15,382 nucleotides of DNA from an archaeon (GTDB lineage Archaea; SpSt-1190; DYHY01), in the NCBI GenBank assembly GCA_043803745.1, contig JAZDJS010000023.1, positions 1 to 15,382 on the forward strand. Reading direction: 5' to 3'. The notes beneath the pieces were generated by a model. That model saw nothing but the letters and a program-made list of their open reading frames with translations, did not search any database and had not been told where the DNA came from. A program made the position numbers and the translations under genes. Shown one piece after another: positions 1 to 7,115 of this stretch (position 1 is its first letter; each line of letters starts with the position of its first letter).

Positions 1-924
1 GAGCTTGTTCTCGATTCCGTTAGCCGCCCATATGATCATTTCATTCCGGGAAAAGGCGTGAACTTTTCCGAAAGGGCGCGCAGGCAGCTTGAGGAACTCT
101 CGGCACCTTTGCGCATTCGTTCCTCTGACTTGGGCGGTCCCAAAGGCAAGGCATCCGGATTTACAACCACCTTGAAATATGCCGGTTCTTGCCTGCAGGA
201 CGCTTTGCTTGGCTCGCTTGAAAACGCAGCGGGAAGCGTGTCTGACTGGGCAGTTGTCCGCGGATTGCATGCCGAATATGAAAAGGAAGGCAGGTTTCCC
301 GACAAATTCGAACAAACCTACCGGGCGGAAATCGGCCGGGGCGCCGATGTCGTTGAAAGGGTTGTGAAGGCTTATGGCGCGCTTCTCGGAAACGTTTTCG
401 TGCCAAACGGAGAAGTCAACTACTCCGGTGGACTACAAGCCCTGTTTGAACGGAAGGACGCTGTCGAGTTCGCGGAATTCGCTGAAACTGCAAAAGGACT
501 TTGGGAGACTGCCATTGATTATGCTGCGAGCTGCGAAATCCGGAAAGAGGGTTTCAATCAAAATGACGCTCCCTATTTGGGGGCCGCCACAAAATATGCC
601 AAATCCGAAATTGGCCCCGCACTTGCGGCAGTAGAACGGAAAATCCGGCTTCAGCGCGAAGTTGCGGTTCACAAGGAAACCATCGGTTTAGCGCCTGAAA
701 GAGACAAGGGGCTTGAAGCAGTTGTTCGGCAAGTGGGCGCTGAAGCTGAGAGAAATCCGCTTTTGCCCGTCCTTTACGCAGTCAGGTCTTCCGAGGAAGG
801 CTATCTTGTACTGCCGGCGGAATACTTGCGAAGGGCGACTGTTGCGGCTTCAGCCGCACTTGTTCCGACAGCAGGTTTTCAATTCGTGTCTGTTGGAGCC
901 GTCCCGGCGCAAAAAGCGAATTGA
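1..924 (+). CDS. Hypothetical protein, probably 5'-truncated by the window edge (helical, Ala/Glu-rich)
   Basis: The frame of ORF 58..924 stays open back to base 1 (ELVLDSVSRPYDHFIPGKG-V). The GTG at 58 has no TATA upstream, so it is probably internal. No family motif recognised. Confidence 0.7.
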   Translation, partial: ELVLDSVSRPYDHFIPGKGVNFSERARRQLEELSAPLRIRSSDLGGPKGKASGFTTTLKYAGSCLQDALLGSLENAAGSVSDWAVVRGLHAEYEKEGRFPDKFEQTYRAEIGRGADVVERVVKAYGALLGNVFVPNGEVNYSGGLQALFERKDAVEFAEFAETAKGLWETAIDYAASCEIRKEGFNQNDAPYLGAATKYAKSEIGPALAAVERKIRLQREVAVHKETIGLAPERDKGLEAVVRQVGAEAERNPLLPVLYAVRSSEEGYLVLPAEYLRRATVAASAALVPTAGFQFVSVGAVPAQKAN

Positions 925-965
925 CTTTCTCGGAATCGGCAAAGTTCAGCCAAAGCTTTCCGGAA

Positions 966-2210
966 TCAGGTAGCAGTTTCGGCCTGCGGGCAATATTTCT
1001 CCCTTAGCGGCGCAAGCTGTTTTTCGTTGTAAAGTCCAGATTCCGCAAGTTTTTCAATTACTTCAGGAGTGTTCGCCCCAAAATAACCTTCTCCAGCTCT
1101 CCGAAAAACAAGCCCTGTTGCAGCCGCTTTCACATCGCCAGCGGAAAACGCGCCAAGCCTTGTGGCATCAGCAATCAGGCGCGCGAATTCGCTCCCGTCG
1201 GGAATTCCCGGATATGTCCCGTCCTTCATCCTTTCCAGAAGATATCCGTCATATGCAGCTTCAACCTCATCCGGCGAAGGCTCCATATAGCCGGCAGCTT
1301 TTGCGGATTTTATCCTCTCAATTGCCTCGGGAGTAACCTGGCTGAACTCGGCAGTCCCGTCGGCAATTCCGTAATAGAGTGCGAACGCGGCAACGGTTTC
1401 AAGAGCGTCCTCTTCCAGTTGCCCCCGTTCAAAAGCTTCCTCAAGAACCTGAAGGTAATGCGCCCGTTTTCCAGGTTCCGCAAGACCCGCCAGAATCCTG
1501 TTGTATGCGTGCATCGTTCTTGCAGCGTCAAGTCGGTTTTGGGAAGGTTTCCCAAGGCGCACCTGGTTCGGAGTTGTCCTGAACGCAGGCCAAACCGGGA
1601 AAGTGTATTCATTATCCAGAATCGCAAGTTCATTCTCAAGCGCAGCCGAATCCAATTCGCCAGTTTCAATCCCGGACAGACGCACGCCATAATGCGTGTT
1701 GAGCGCGGTTTGGACCCGTTCAAGTTTGGGTCTTCTCGCCCCGATCGGAAAGCTCGGACTGCCAAGATAATCAAGGGTTTTCTGCAGGGCGGTAGGAGAA
1801 AGTCCTCCTGCTTCAATTGACTCAAGGTAGAGGTTTATTGTGTGGTTGGCGCGGCGCGCTTCAGGTATTGAATCAACAACTGCATATGCAAGTCCCACCT
1901 TTGCCGCAGATTTGAGGAAGCCGGATTTTCCGGCCGCAACCGCGGCAGCATCTATTGCCCTGAGCGCGAGAAGGTCTGCCGGTGCCGCAACAGCCCGATT
2001 GCCGTTTAGGTATTTTATTACCGCTTTCACAACCTGTGCCCGGCTTCCCGCTCTTTTCTGAGAGCTGTTTTTGAAAACGCCCGCTTGCTCCGCTTTCTGA
2101 ATCTCAGCGGAAAGTTCTTCTTCGGGAGTTTTCGCAATTGATTTCCCTCCAGTAGGGGCTTCCTCAGAAGTTCCTGTAACTTTATTTGCTGAATTTTTCC
2201 CCGGAGGCAT
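966..2210 (-). CDS. Hypothetical protein, 414 aa, soluble and probably helical with a low-complexity N-terminus
   Basis: Long ATG-started ORF, convergent with 1..924. A BRE-TATA on the minus strand (gcgaaagatatttaa) ends 22 nt upstream. No family motif recognised. Confidence 0.8.
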   Translation of the reverse strand: MPPGKNSANKVTGTSEEAPTGGKSIAKTPEEELSAEIQKAEQAGVFKNSSQKRAGSRAQVVKAVIKYLNGNRAVAAPADLLALRAIDAAAVAAGKSGFLKSAAKVGLAYAVVDSIPEARRANHTINLYLESIEAGGLSPTALQKTLDYLGSPSFPIGARRPKLERVQTALNTHYGVRLSGIETGELDSAALENELAILDNEYTFPVWPAFRTTPNQVRLGKPSQNRLDAARTMHAYNRILAGLAEPGKRAHYLQVLEEAFERGQLEEDALETVAAFALYYGIADGTAEFSQVTPEAIERIKSAKAAGYMEPSPDEVEAAYDGYLLERMKDGTYPGIPDGSEFARLIADATRLGAFSAGDVKAAATGLVFRRAGEGYFGANTPEVIEKLAESGLYNEKQLAPLREKYCPQAETAT

Positions 2211-2232
2211 ATTCCCCGGAAGCCGTCAAGCC

Positions 2233-2247
2233 TTAAATATCTTTCGC
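2233..2247 (-). promoter_or_regulatory. Archaeal BRE-TATA promoter for 966..2210
   Basis: Minus strand reads GCGAAAG-ATATTTAA, ending 22 nt before the ATG at 2210 (leaderless geometry). Confidence 0.65.
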
Positions 2248-2258
2248 TTTTTCACCTC

Positions 2259-2311
2259 TTTTCAGTGGGATTTAATGCATTGGACCTTCGGAGCGTTCTA
2301 ACCACTGAAAA
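2259..2311. repeat. 10-bp perfect inverted repeat between divergent promoters
   Basis: ttttcagtgg (2259-2268) pairs with ccactgaaaa (2302-2311) across a 33-nt spacer. It can be extended by cct (2255-2257) / agg (2314-2316). Confidence 0.7.
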
Positions 2312-2315
2312 ATAG

Positions 2316-2329
2316 GCAAATTATTTAAA
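2316..2329 (+). promoter_or_regulatory. Archaeal BRE-TATA promoter for 2351..3664
   Basis: GCAAA-TTATTTAAA ends 21 nt before the ATG at 2351. Confidence 0.65.
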
Positions 2330-2350
2330 GAAGGAACTCTTTTTCGGTGT

Positions 2351-3664
2351 ATGACTCCGCCAGTTCAAACCGCTAAGGACAAGCCCAAACTCAAAGCAGG
2401 AACGCCCTTTTTTCAAAGACCTATCGTGAAAATCGGTACGGGCGTGCTTGTTGCGGCCCTGGTTTTAGAAGGCGCGAATTTATATGGGGGCTTCAGGGCG
2501 GATCAGGAATTCGATCGGGGATATGCTGCGGCAATAAGCGAGGTTACGGAAAGACCCGTGATGGAACCGATCACTTTCGTCATCGGAGGCAGCAGAAATC
2601 CGTTGCCCGTGATTCCCATGGAATACATAGTTTCTGCCCAGTTGGATGTTGAGGCGGCACAGAGAACCATTATGGCGATCCCAACGCTCCGAACCAACAT
2701 CGGTTCAACCGGTTGGCAGGACATTCCCGAGCTCGTGCAGGAGTGTCAGCGGAGCTATCCCGACGATCCTCTTTTGGCGGGTGTTTGCGGTGCTGAAGCG
2801 ATTTCAGCGGTCCGGGACGGCTTGCGCGCAGAACTCGCCGCCGCGCAAGGACTCGTTTGGAATGCGGAAGCACAGGAATATCAGCAATCCGGCGGAAACG
2901 TGCTAATTGACTATCCTGGCGGACCGAGCCGGGTGCAAGTGTTTTCCACTTGCGCGCATGTGCTTGATGCCGAGATTGACAACGGAATAGTGCTTCATCT
3001 TGACAATGCAACCGCGCTTTATTATTCCCTTTACGGGAACCTTGCCACAGTGCCGTTGCCCGTCGACAGCATCCTAGACCTTAGCTCCGATGTTGCGCCG
3101 GAGCTTGAGGCGGAACTTCTAACCGCCCTTAGAGACACCGCTTACCGTGAGATACTTGCCGGATTGGTTGCGCTTAACGTGGAAAATGCCGAAGCGTTTT
3201 ACATTCCCGATGGCGGTCTTATTGCGCAGCAGGCCTACTTGGAAGGGAAGCTTCAAGGCATCCAGGCGCAGGAGGCCCGACTTGCAAGTTTGCAATGCAC
3301 TGAATATGTGGACCTCGGAGTAGCGCAAGTTTGCATCGCGCCGTTGGATTTTTACTCGCCCGCACGGATAATCGAGAGGGCCGTCCTTGCAGACTATGTG
3401 GACGGCTTGCAGGATGACAAAGCGTTCTATCAAGGCCAATTGGTGCTTGTTAACAAGGCAGTAGAAGTTGCGAACACTGCTTTGGAAGGAGACGGTCTGG
3501 CGGTATATGCCACGTTGACAACCCTCCAAGACACTGAAGACGGTCCCGTTGCTTGTTTCGCGGGCGCGGACCAGTATGCAGCAGACTTGGGTGCTGCCGC
3601 CCAAGAGTATCTGGACGCCGTCAATGAGCCGCCTCCCGTATTTCTTCCGGCAGCAACGCCCTGA
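2351..3664 (+). CDS. Hypothetical exported or membrane-anchored protein, 437 aa
   Basis: Basic N-terminus followed by a hydrophobic segment (IGTGVLVAALVL). The remainder is acidic and Ala/Leu-rich with 6 Cys and a Pro-rich end. Has its own TATA. Confidence 0.8.
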   Translation: MTPPVQTAKDKPKLKAGTPFFQRPIVKIGTGVLVAALVLEGANLYGGFRADQEFDRGYAAAISEVTERPVMEPITFVIGGSRNPLPVIPMEYIVSAQLDVEAAQRTIMAIPTLRTNIGSTGWQDIPELVQECQRSYPDDPLLAGVCGAEAISAVRDGLRAELAAAQGLVWNAEAQEYQQSGGNVLIDYPGGPSRVQVFSTCAHVLDAEIDNGIVLHLDNATALYYSLYGNLATVPLPVDSILDLSSDVAPELEAELLTALRDTAYREILAGLVALNVENAEAFYIPDGGLIAQQAYLEGKLQGIQAQEARLASLQCTEYVDLGVAQVCIAPLDFYSPARIIERAVLADYVDGLQDDKAFYQGQLVLVNKAVEVANTALEGDGLAVYATLTTLQDTEDGPVACFAGADQYAADLGAAAQEYLDAVNEPPPVFLPAATP

Positions 3665-3673
3665 ACGAAAAAT

Positions 3674-3690
3674 CGGAAAACGCTAATATA
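3674..3690 (+). promoter_or_regulatory. BRE-TATA-like promoter for the methyltransferase
   Basis: CGGAAAACGC-TAATATA ends 22 nt before the ATG at 3713. Confidence 0.55.
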
Positions 3691-3712
3691 CCTCCCGGGC
3701 CGCAGCCAGAGG

Positions 3713-4273
3713 ATGAATTATCAGGAATATCTCGATTCAATCCCGGACGAGTCAGCCGAGCCCTGGGTTTCCGAGTCGGCTCTCGCGGGAAAGGCAATCA
3801 AGGGCGCGCTTCCTGCGGAGCCGGAAGAACCGGTTCTTTTCATCGGGGCGGGAAGCTGCGGCCATGCTTGCGCAGTCGGCGCTCTCGGATTCAAGACAAT
3901 TGCAATCGAGCTTTCCCGCGGGCAAACCGAACTTGGGAATGAAAGAGTCAAAGCGAACGGGCTCGGTCTCAAAGTGATTCCCGTCTGGGAGGAATACGGG
4001 AAGCTCAAGTTCGACGATGGGACGTTCCCGCTTGTTGTTGCTGAGCGGGGCGTGCTTTCTCTTTTTGAAGAGCCGGAAAAGGCCTTTTCGGAGCTTTTCC
4101 GGGTTTGCAAACCCGGTGGGAGAATAATCGCAACCTTTTTCAGGAACGCGCCTGGCGGACTGAAGCTTCTTAACGGGATTTCCGGGGAGGAACTTGCCGG
4201 GAAATTCTCCCTCCGCTTCGGAAAAACCGGGAACGAGCATGCGGACTGTTTCGTCTTCTCAGTCAAAAATTGA
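3713..4273 (+). CDS. Class I SAM-dependent methyltransferase (Methyltransf_11/25-like)
   Basis: Motif I-like VLFIGAGSCG, acidic residue at the end of beta-2 (TIAIELS), LKFDDGTFPLVV, and the typical ELFRVCKPGGRII motif. Confidence 0.85.
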   Translation: MNYQEYLDSIPDESAEPWVSESALAGKAIKGALPAEPEEPVLFIGAGSCGHACAVGALGFKTIAIELSRGQTELGNERVKANGLGLKVIPVWEEYGKLKFDDGTFPLVVAERGVLSLFEEPEKAFSELFRVCKPGGRIIATFFRNAPGGLKLLNGISGEELAGKFSLRFGKTGNEHADCFVFSVKN

Positions 4274-4292
4274 CCGTTCGGCAATCGCTTCC

Positions 4293-4309
4293 GGGAAAAG
4301 CCTAATAAA
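4293..4309 (+). promoter_or_regulatory. BRE-TATA-like promoter for the dedA-amrB pair
   Basis: GGGAAAAGCC-TAATAAA ends 29 nt before the ATG at 4339. Confidence 0.5.
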
Positions 4310-4338
4310 CCCGGTTAGTCCCCTGTGGCGGACTGAAA

Positions 4339-4959
4339 ATGGATTTCAACTCACTGATGCTTTCCCTTGGGCCTCTCGGGATAGTCATAGTGATGTTCCT
4401 CGAGTCAAGCATACTTCCGATACCTTCGGAATTCGTTTTCATTGCAGCCGGGGCGCTGGCAGGGCAGCTGGGGCTTTCCTACTGGGAAATCGCCCTTTAC
4501 GGCTCGATCGGTTCGGCCCTTGGCGGCGCGGTCGGCTATTTCCTTGGCGTGCACGGTGCAAGACCCCTTCTTCACAAATGGGGGAAATATATTCTTCTGA
4601 CTCCCGCGCGGCTTGACAAAGCCGAAAATTTCGCGAGGAAGCACGGGCTTTTCGGGGTCTTGGTTGGTCGGCTCACTCCGATTGTCCCGTTCAAGGTTTT
4701 CTCAATTGCCTCGGGAATTGTCAAGCTTCCCTTCTGGGGATTTTTCATCCTCACGCTTGTAGGAACATTTCCCCGCGCATATCTCCTTTCGGCATTCGGT
4801 TCGGCGGTCGGCAAGTATTTCATTGAAACCCTTTTCGCAGCGCTCCTCCTTGTCGCAACATATGTCTTCTTCGTCAAATGGCGCAGCGGGAGAAGGAAAA
4901 AGAGGGACGCCAACTTTGAGAAGGAAATAGGCATGCTGAGGGAGGAGATAGTTTCCTAG
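4339..4959 (+). CDS. dedA: DedA family (SNARE-associated/VTT domain) membrane protein
   Basis: LESSILPIPSEFVFIAAG, GSALGGAVGYFLG, ARLDKAENFARKHG and GRLTPIVPFKVFSIASG are DedA hallmark motifs. Multiple hydrophobic segments. Confidence 0.93.
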   Translation: MDFNSLMLSLGPLGIVIVMFLESSILPIPSEFVFIAAGALAGQLGLSYWEIALYGSIGSALGGAVGYFLGVHGARPLLHKWGKYILLTPARLDKAENFARKHGLFGVLVGRLTPIVPFKVFSIASGIVKLPFWGFFILTLVGTFPRAYLLSAFGSAVGKYFIETLFAALLLVATYVFFVKWRSGRRKKRDANFEKEIGMLREEIVS

Positions 4960-4962
4960 GGG

Positions 4963-5799
4963 ATGGCCGGAACCGTCAGGAAGCCGGCCGTTTCAGGGCA
5001 GTTCTATCCGGCGGGAAAAAAAGAGCTTGCCGGGCTTGTTGATGGCTGCTTTTCGGATGGCTTTTTCGGTCCTGGCGGGGTTTTCGAGGAGAACCCCGCG
5101 ATTGTCGGCGGGATTGTCCCGCACGCCGGGCTTGTCTATTCCGGCCCCTGCGCAGCGGCATTTTACTCAAGCCTTCCGAGGGATATGTTCCGGACAATAG
5201 TCATTCTCGGAACCAATCATACCGTTGCAGGCTCCAGGATTTCAATAGCGCCCTGGGATTTCTGGGAAACCCCTCTCGGAAAGGTTCCGGTGAACCAGGC
5301 CCTTGCCCAAAAACTTTCCGGAACGGGTCTTTTTGAAACGAATCCAGCGCCCCACCTCAAGGAGCATTCAATCGAGGTCCAGCTCCCTTTCCTTCAGGCG
5401 CGCATTGAAAAATTCTCAATACTTCCGCTGATTGTTTCCTCTTCTGGAGAGTTCGAGGAACTGGAAGAAGCCGGGAAAGCCCTCGCCAAACTAATTGAGC
5501 CGAAAAGAACTCTTTTGCTCGCTTCCTCAGACCTCAACCATTATGAGGGGAAAGCCGAAACCGAACGGAAGGATTCCCTTGCAATCGGAGCAGCCCTTTC
5601 ACTTTCCCCGGAAAAGCTCTGGAAAACCGTACTAAATGAAAGAATTTCAATGTGCGGGATTTCACCTTCAATCGTCCTTCTTTCGGCTCTGGAGGCGCTT
5701 GGCGCGACAAAGGCGCGCCTTGTCAAGCATTACAATTCAGGGGACGTCATTCCTGCTGACTGGGTTGTTGGCTACGCAAGCGTTTCTTTCTTGAAATAA
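4963..5799 (+). CDS. amrB: AmmeMemoRadiSam system protein B / MEMO1-family protein
   Basis: RKPAVSGQFYP, VPHAGLVYSG, LGTNH, WETPLG, EHSIEVQLPFLQ, ASSDLNHY, SMCG and VVGYAS. Starts 3 nt after the dedA stop, so probably co-transcribed. Confidence 0.95.
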   Translation: MAGTVRKPAVSGQFYPAGKKELAGLVDGCFSDGFFGPGGVFEENPAIVGGIVPHAGLVYSGPCAAAFYSSLPRDMFRTIVILGTNHTVAGSRISIAPWDFWETPLGKVPVNQALAQKLSGTGLFETNPAPHLKEHSIEVQLPFLQARIEKFSILPLIVSSSGEFEELEEAGKALAKLIEPKRTLLLASSDLNHYEGKAETERKDSLAIGAALSLSPEKLWKTVLNERISMCGISPSIVLLSALEALGATKARLVKHYNSGDVIPADWVVGYASVSFLK

Positions 5800-5820
5800 G
5801 TAGGCAAGCCTCAGCAGAGG

Positions 5821-5853
5821 GTCGGATATAGCCGCATAGCCTTTCTGAAATAA
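5821..5853 (+). pseudogene. Diverged duplicate of the amrB 3' end (gene-fragment remnant)
   Basis: Translates as VGYSRIAFLK* against the true amrB end VGYASVSFLK* (5767-5799). Same frame, 54 nt downstream. Confidence 0.65.
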
Positions 5854-5872
5854 GACCTACCTTTGGCAAGGG

Positions 5873-6814
5873 TCACCTCAAGTATTTGACATAAACTGCA
5901 AAAAACTTTTCGTAGGTTTCCTTGCATCTCTCGAGCAGGAACCGCTCAAGAGCCCGCCTATTCCCTGAATCGAACTTTTCAAGGGCGTTCAAGTAGGCAA
6001 CCCGCTGGCTTTTCCTTATTATAAGCGGAGGATATCCTCCATTGACAAGCGCAACGTTGATTAGGAAGCGCCCGACCCGCCCGTTCCCGTCCTCGAACGG
6101 ATGTATTTCCTCAAAGAGGCCGTGGATATGCGCTGCCAGCTGCAAAGGATGCACAGTTTCCCTATTTTTCTCATAGTGCTCGAACAAGGAGTTCATCTCA
6201 GCCGGGACCTGTTCGGGAACGCAAGTTTCAACGTCTCTCCCGATAAGATAATTCGGGACTCTTTTGTAGCCGGCCGGAATGCCCATGTTGGCGACGAGGG
6301 CACGATGCATCTTCAGGACGCTCCTTTCATCAATCCGGAATTTCCTGCCAAGAATCGCCTCGACGACCTTGCGGGAATTGAGGGTTTCATATATTTCTCG
6401 CAGCGCCTTTCCTCCGGCAACCCCGGTTTTCTCAAACAGCACAATCGCGACATCCTTGAGTGTGAGTGAATTGCCCTCGAGCGCGTTGGATTCGTAGGTG
6501 AAATTGGCCGTGAACCTGTCGAAGAGGTCCTTTAACTGGTTTTTCGAGAGCCCCTTTAGCGTTCTTCCGTAATCAATGCGGAGCGCCTCTATCTTCCTGA
6601 TCTCTTCCTCGGAAAAAATGTCGTCCTTTGCGAATTTCCCGCAGGCCCATTCCCCGCGCAGTTTTTTTTCCGCCGCATCCAGGGCGGGAACTGCAGTCTC
6701 ATTCCCCTTGACTAGCTTTTGAACTGTTTTGACCTTTCCGTCCGGCATGCGAATCGATTTCACCAGGTAGGTATATGTCCCCCTGCCTATCTTTTTCTTC
6801 TTCAGATAAACCAT
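5873..6814 (-). CDS. fic: Fic (Fido) family protein, class II, with a basic N-terminal beta-rich extension
   Basis: Canonical active-site motif HPFEDGNGRVGR. An auto-inhibitory (S/T)xxxE(G/N) motif (YESNALEGN) lies N-terminal to the core. Confidence 0.95.
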   Translation of the reverse strand: MVYLKKKKIGRGTYTYLVKSIRMPDGKVKTVQKLVKGNETAVPALDAAEKKLRGEWACGKFAKDDIFSEEEIRKIEALRIDYGRTLKGLSKNQLKDLFDRFTANFTYESNALEGNSLTLKDVAIVLFEKTGVAGGKALREIYETLNSRKVVEAILGRKFRIDERSVLKMHRALVANMGIPAGYKRVPNYLIGRDVETCVPEQVPAEMNSLFEHYEKNRETVHPLQLAAHIHGLFEEIHPFEDGNGRVGRFLINVALVNGGYPPLIIRKSQRVAYLNALEKFDSGNRRALERFLLERCKETYEKFFAVYVKYLR

Positions 6815-6825
6815 CCAAGTTCTTC

Positions 6826-6868
6826 TTACCCCTACAAATTTATAACCTTATCGTTTTTGTAGGGGTAA
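6826..6868 (-). promoter_or_regulatory. fic promoter (BRE-TATA) bracketed by a perfect 13-bp inverted repeat (candidate operator)
   Basis: ttacccctacaaa (6826-6838) pairs with tttgtaggggtaa (6856-6868). The 17-nt spacer reads AACGATAAGG-TTATAAA on the minus strand and ends 24 nt before the ATG at 6814. Confidence 0.8.
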
Positions 6869-6879
6869 AAACGTAAGAA

Positions 6880-7020
6880 TCAGAAGAAGACGAAAACCGC
6901 GACAATTCCGGCAACAACAAGACCGACCACAAGCCAGAGCGTTCTCCGGAAGTTCTCGCTGCCCCTTTCCGCGGCCGCGTTCCCGAGGCTTGGCTGGGTT
7001 TCCAAAGCTGCAATTTCCAT
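6880..7020 (-). CDS. Small tail-anchored membrane protein, 46 aa
   Basis: MEIAALETQ...FRRTLWLVVGLVVAGIVAVFVFF* has a single C-terminal TM preceded by RR. The ATG at 7020 is preferred over the TTG at 7080 because a minus-strand CAAAAC-AAATATAA (7060-7047) ends 26 nt upstream. Confidence 0.65.
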   Translation of the reverse strand: MEIAALETQPSLGNAAAERGSENFRRTLWLVVGLVVAGIVAVFVFF

Positions 7021-7046
7021 TTTCCGGGGAAAGACGCGCGGGAATG

Positions 7047-7090
7047 TTATATTTGTTTTGTTTTCACTCCTCCGGGCCAAAATATAAATA
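7047..7090. promoter_or_regulatory. Back-to-back divergent BRE-TATA promoters
   Basis: Minus-strand AAATATAA at 7054-7047. Plus-strand GCCAAAA-TATAAATA at 7076-7090 ends 25 nt before the ATG at 7116. Confidence 0.6.
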
Positions 7091-7115
7091 CTGACTTGGC
7101 TTCAGGGCTCCCAAG

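Noticed and set aside
58-60. GTG start assigned to the first ORF
   Set aside because: The frame is open to base 1 and no TATA precedes it, so the true start is probably outside the window.
3721-4284. 187-aa antisense ORF mirroring the methyltransferase
   Set aside because: The plus-strand frame has clear MTase motifs and a promoter, while the antisense product is Ser/Pro-rich noise.
5800-6880. fic region as a bona fide IS or integrative element
   Set aside because: No transposase or integrase, no terminal inverted repeats at both ends and no exact target duplication. Only the amrB-tail scar is reported.
7021-7080. N-terminal extension (TTG at 7080) of the small minus-strand ORF
   Set aside because: It runs across its own likely TATA and overlaps the divergent promoter. 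The ATG at 7020 fits promoter spacing.
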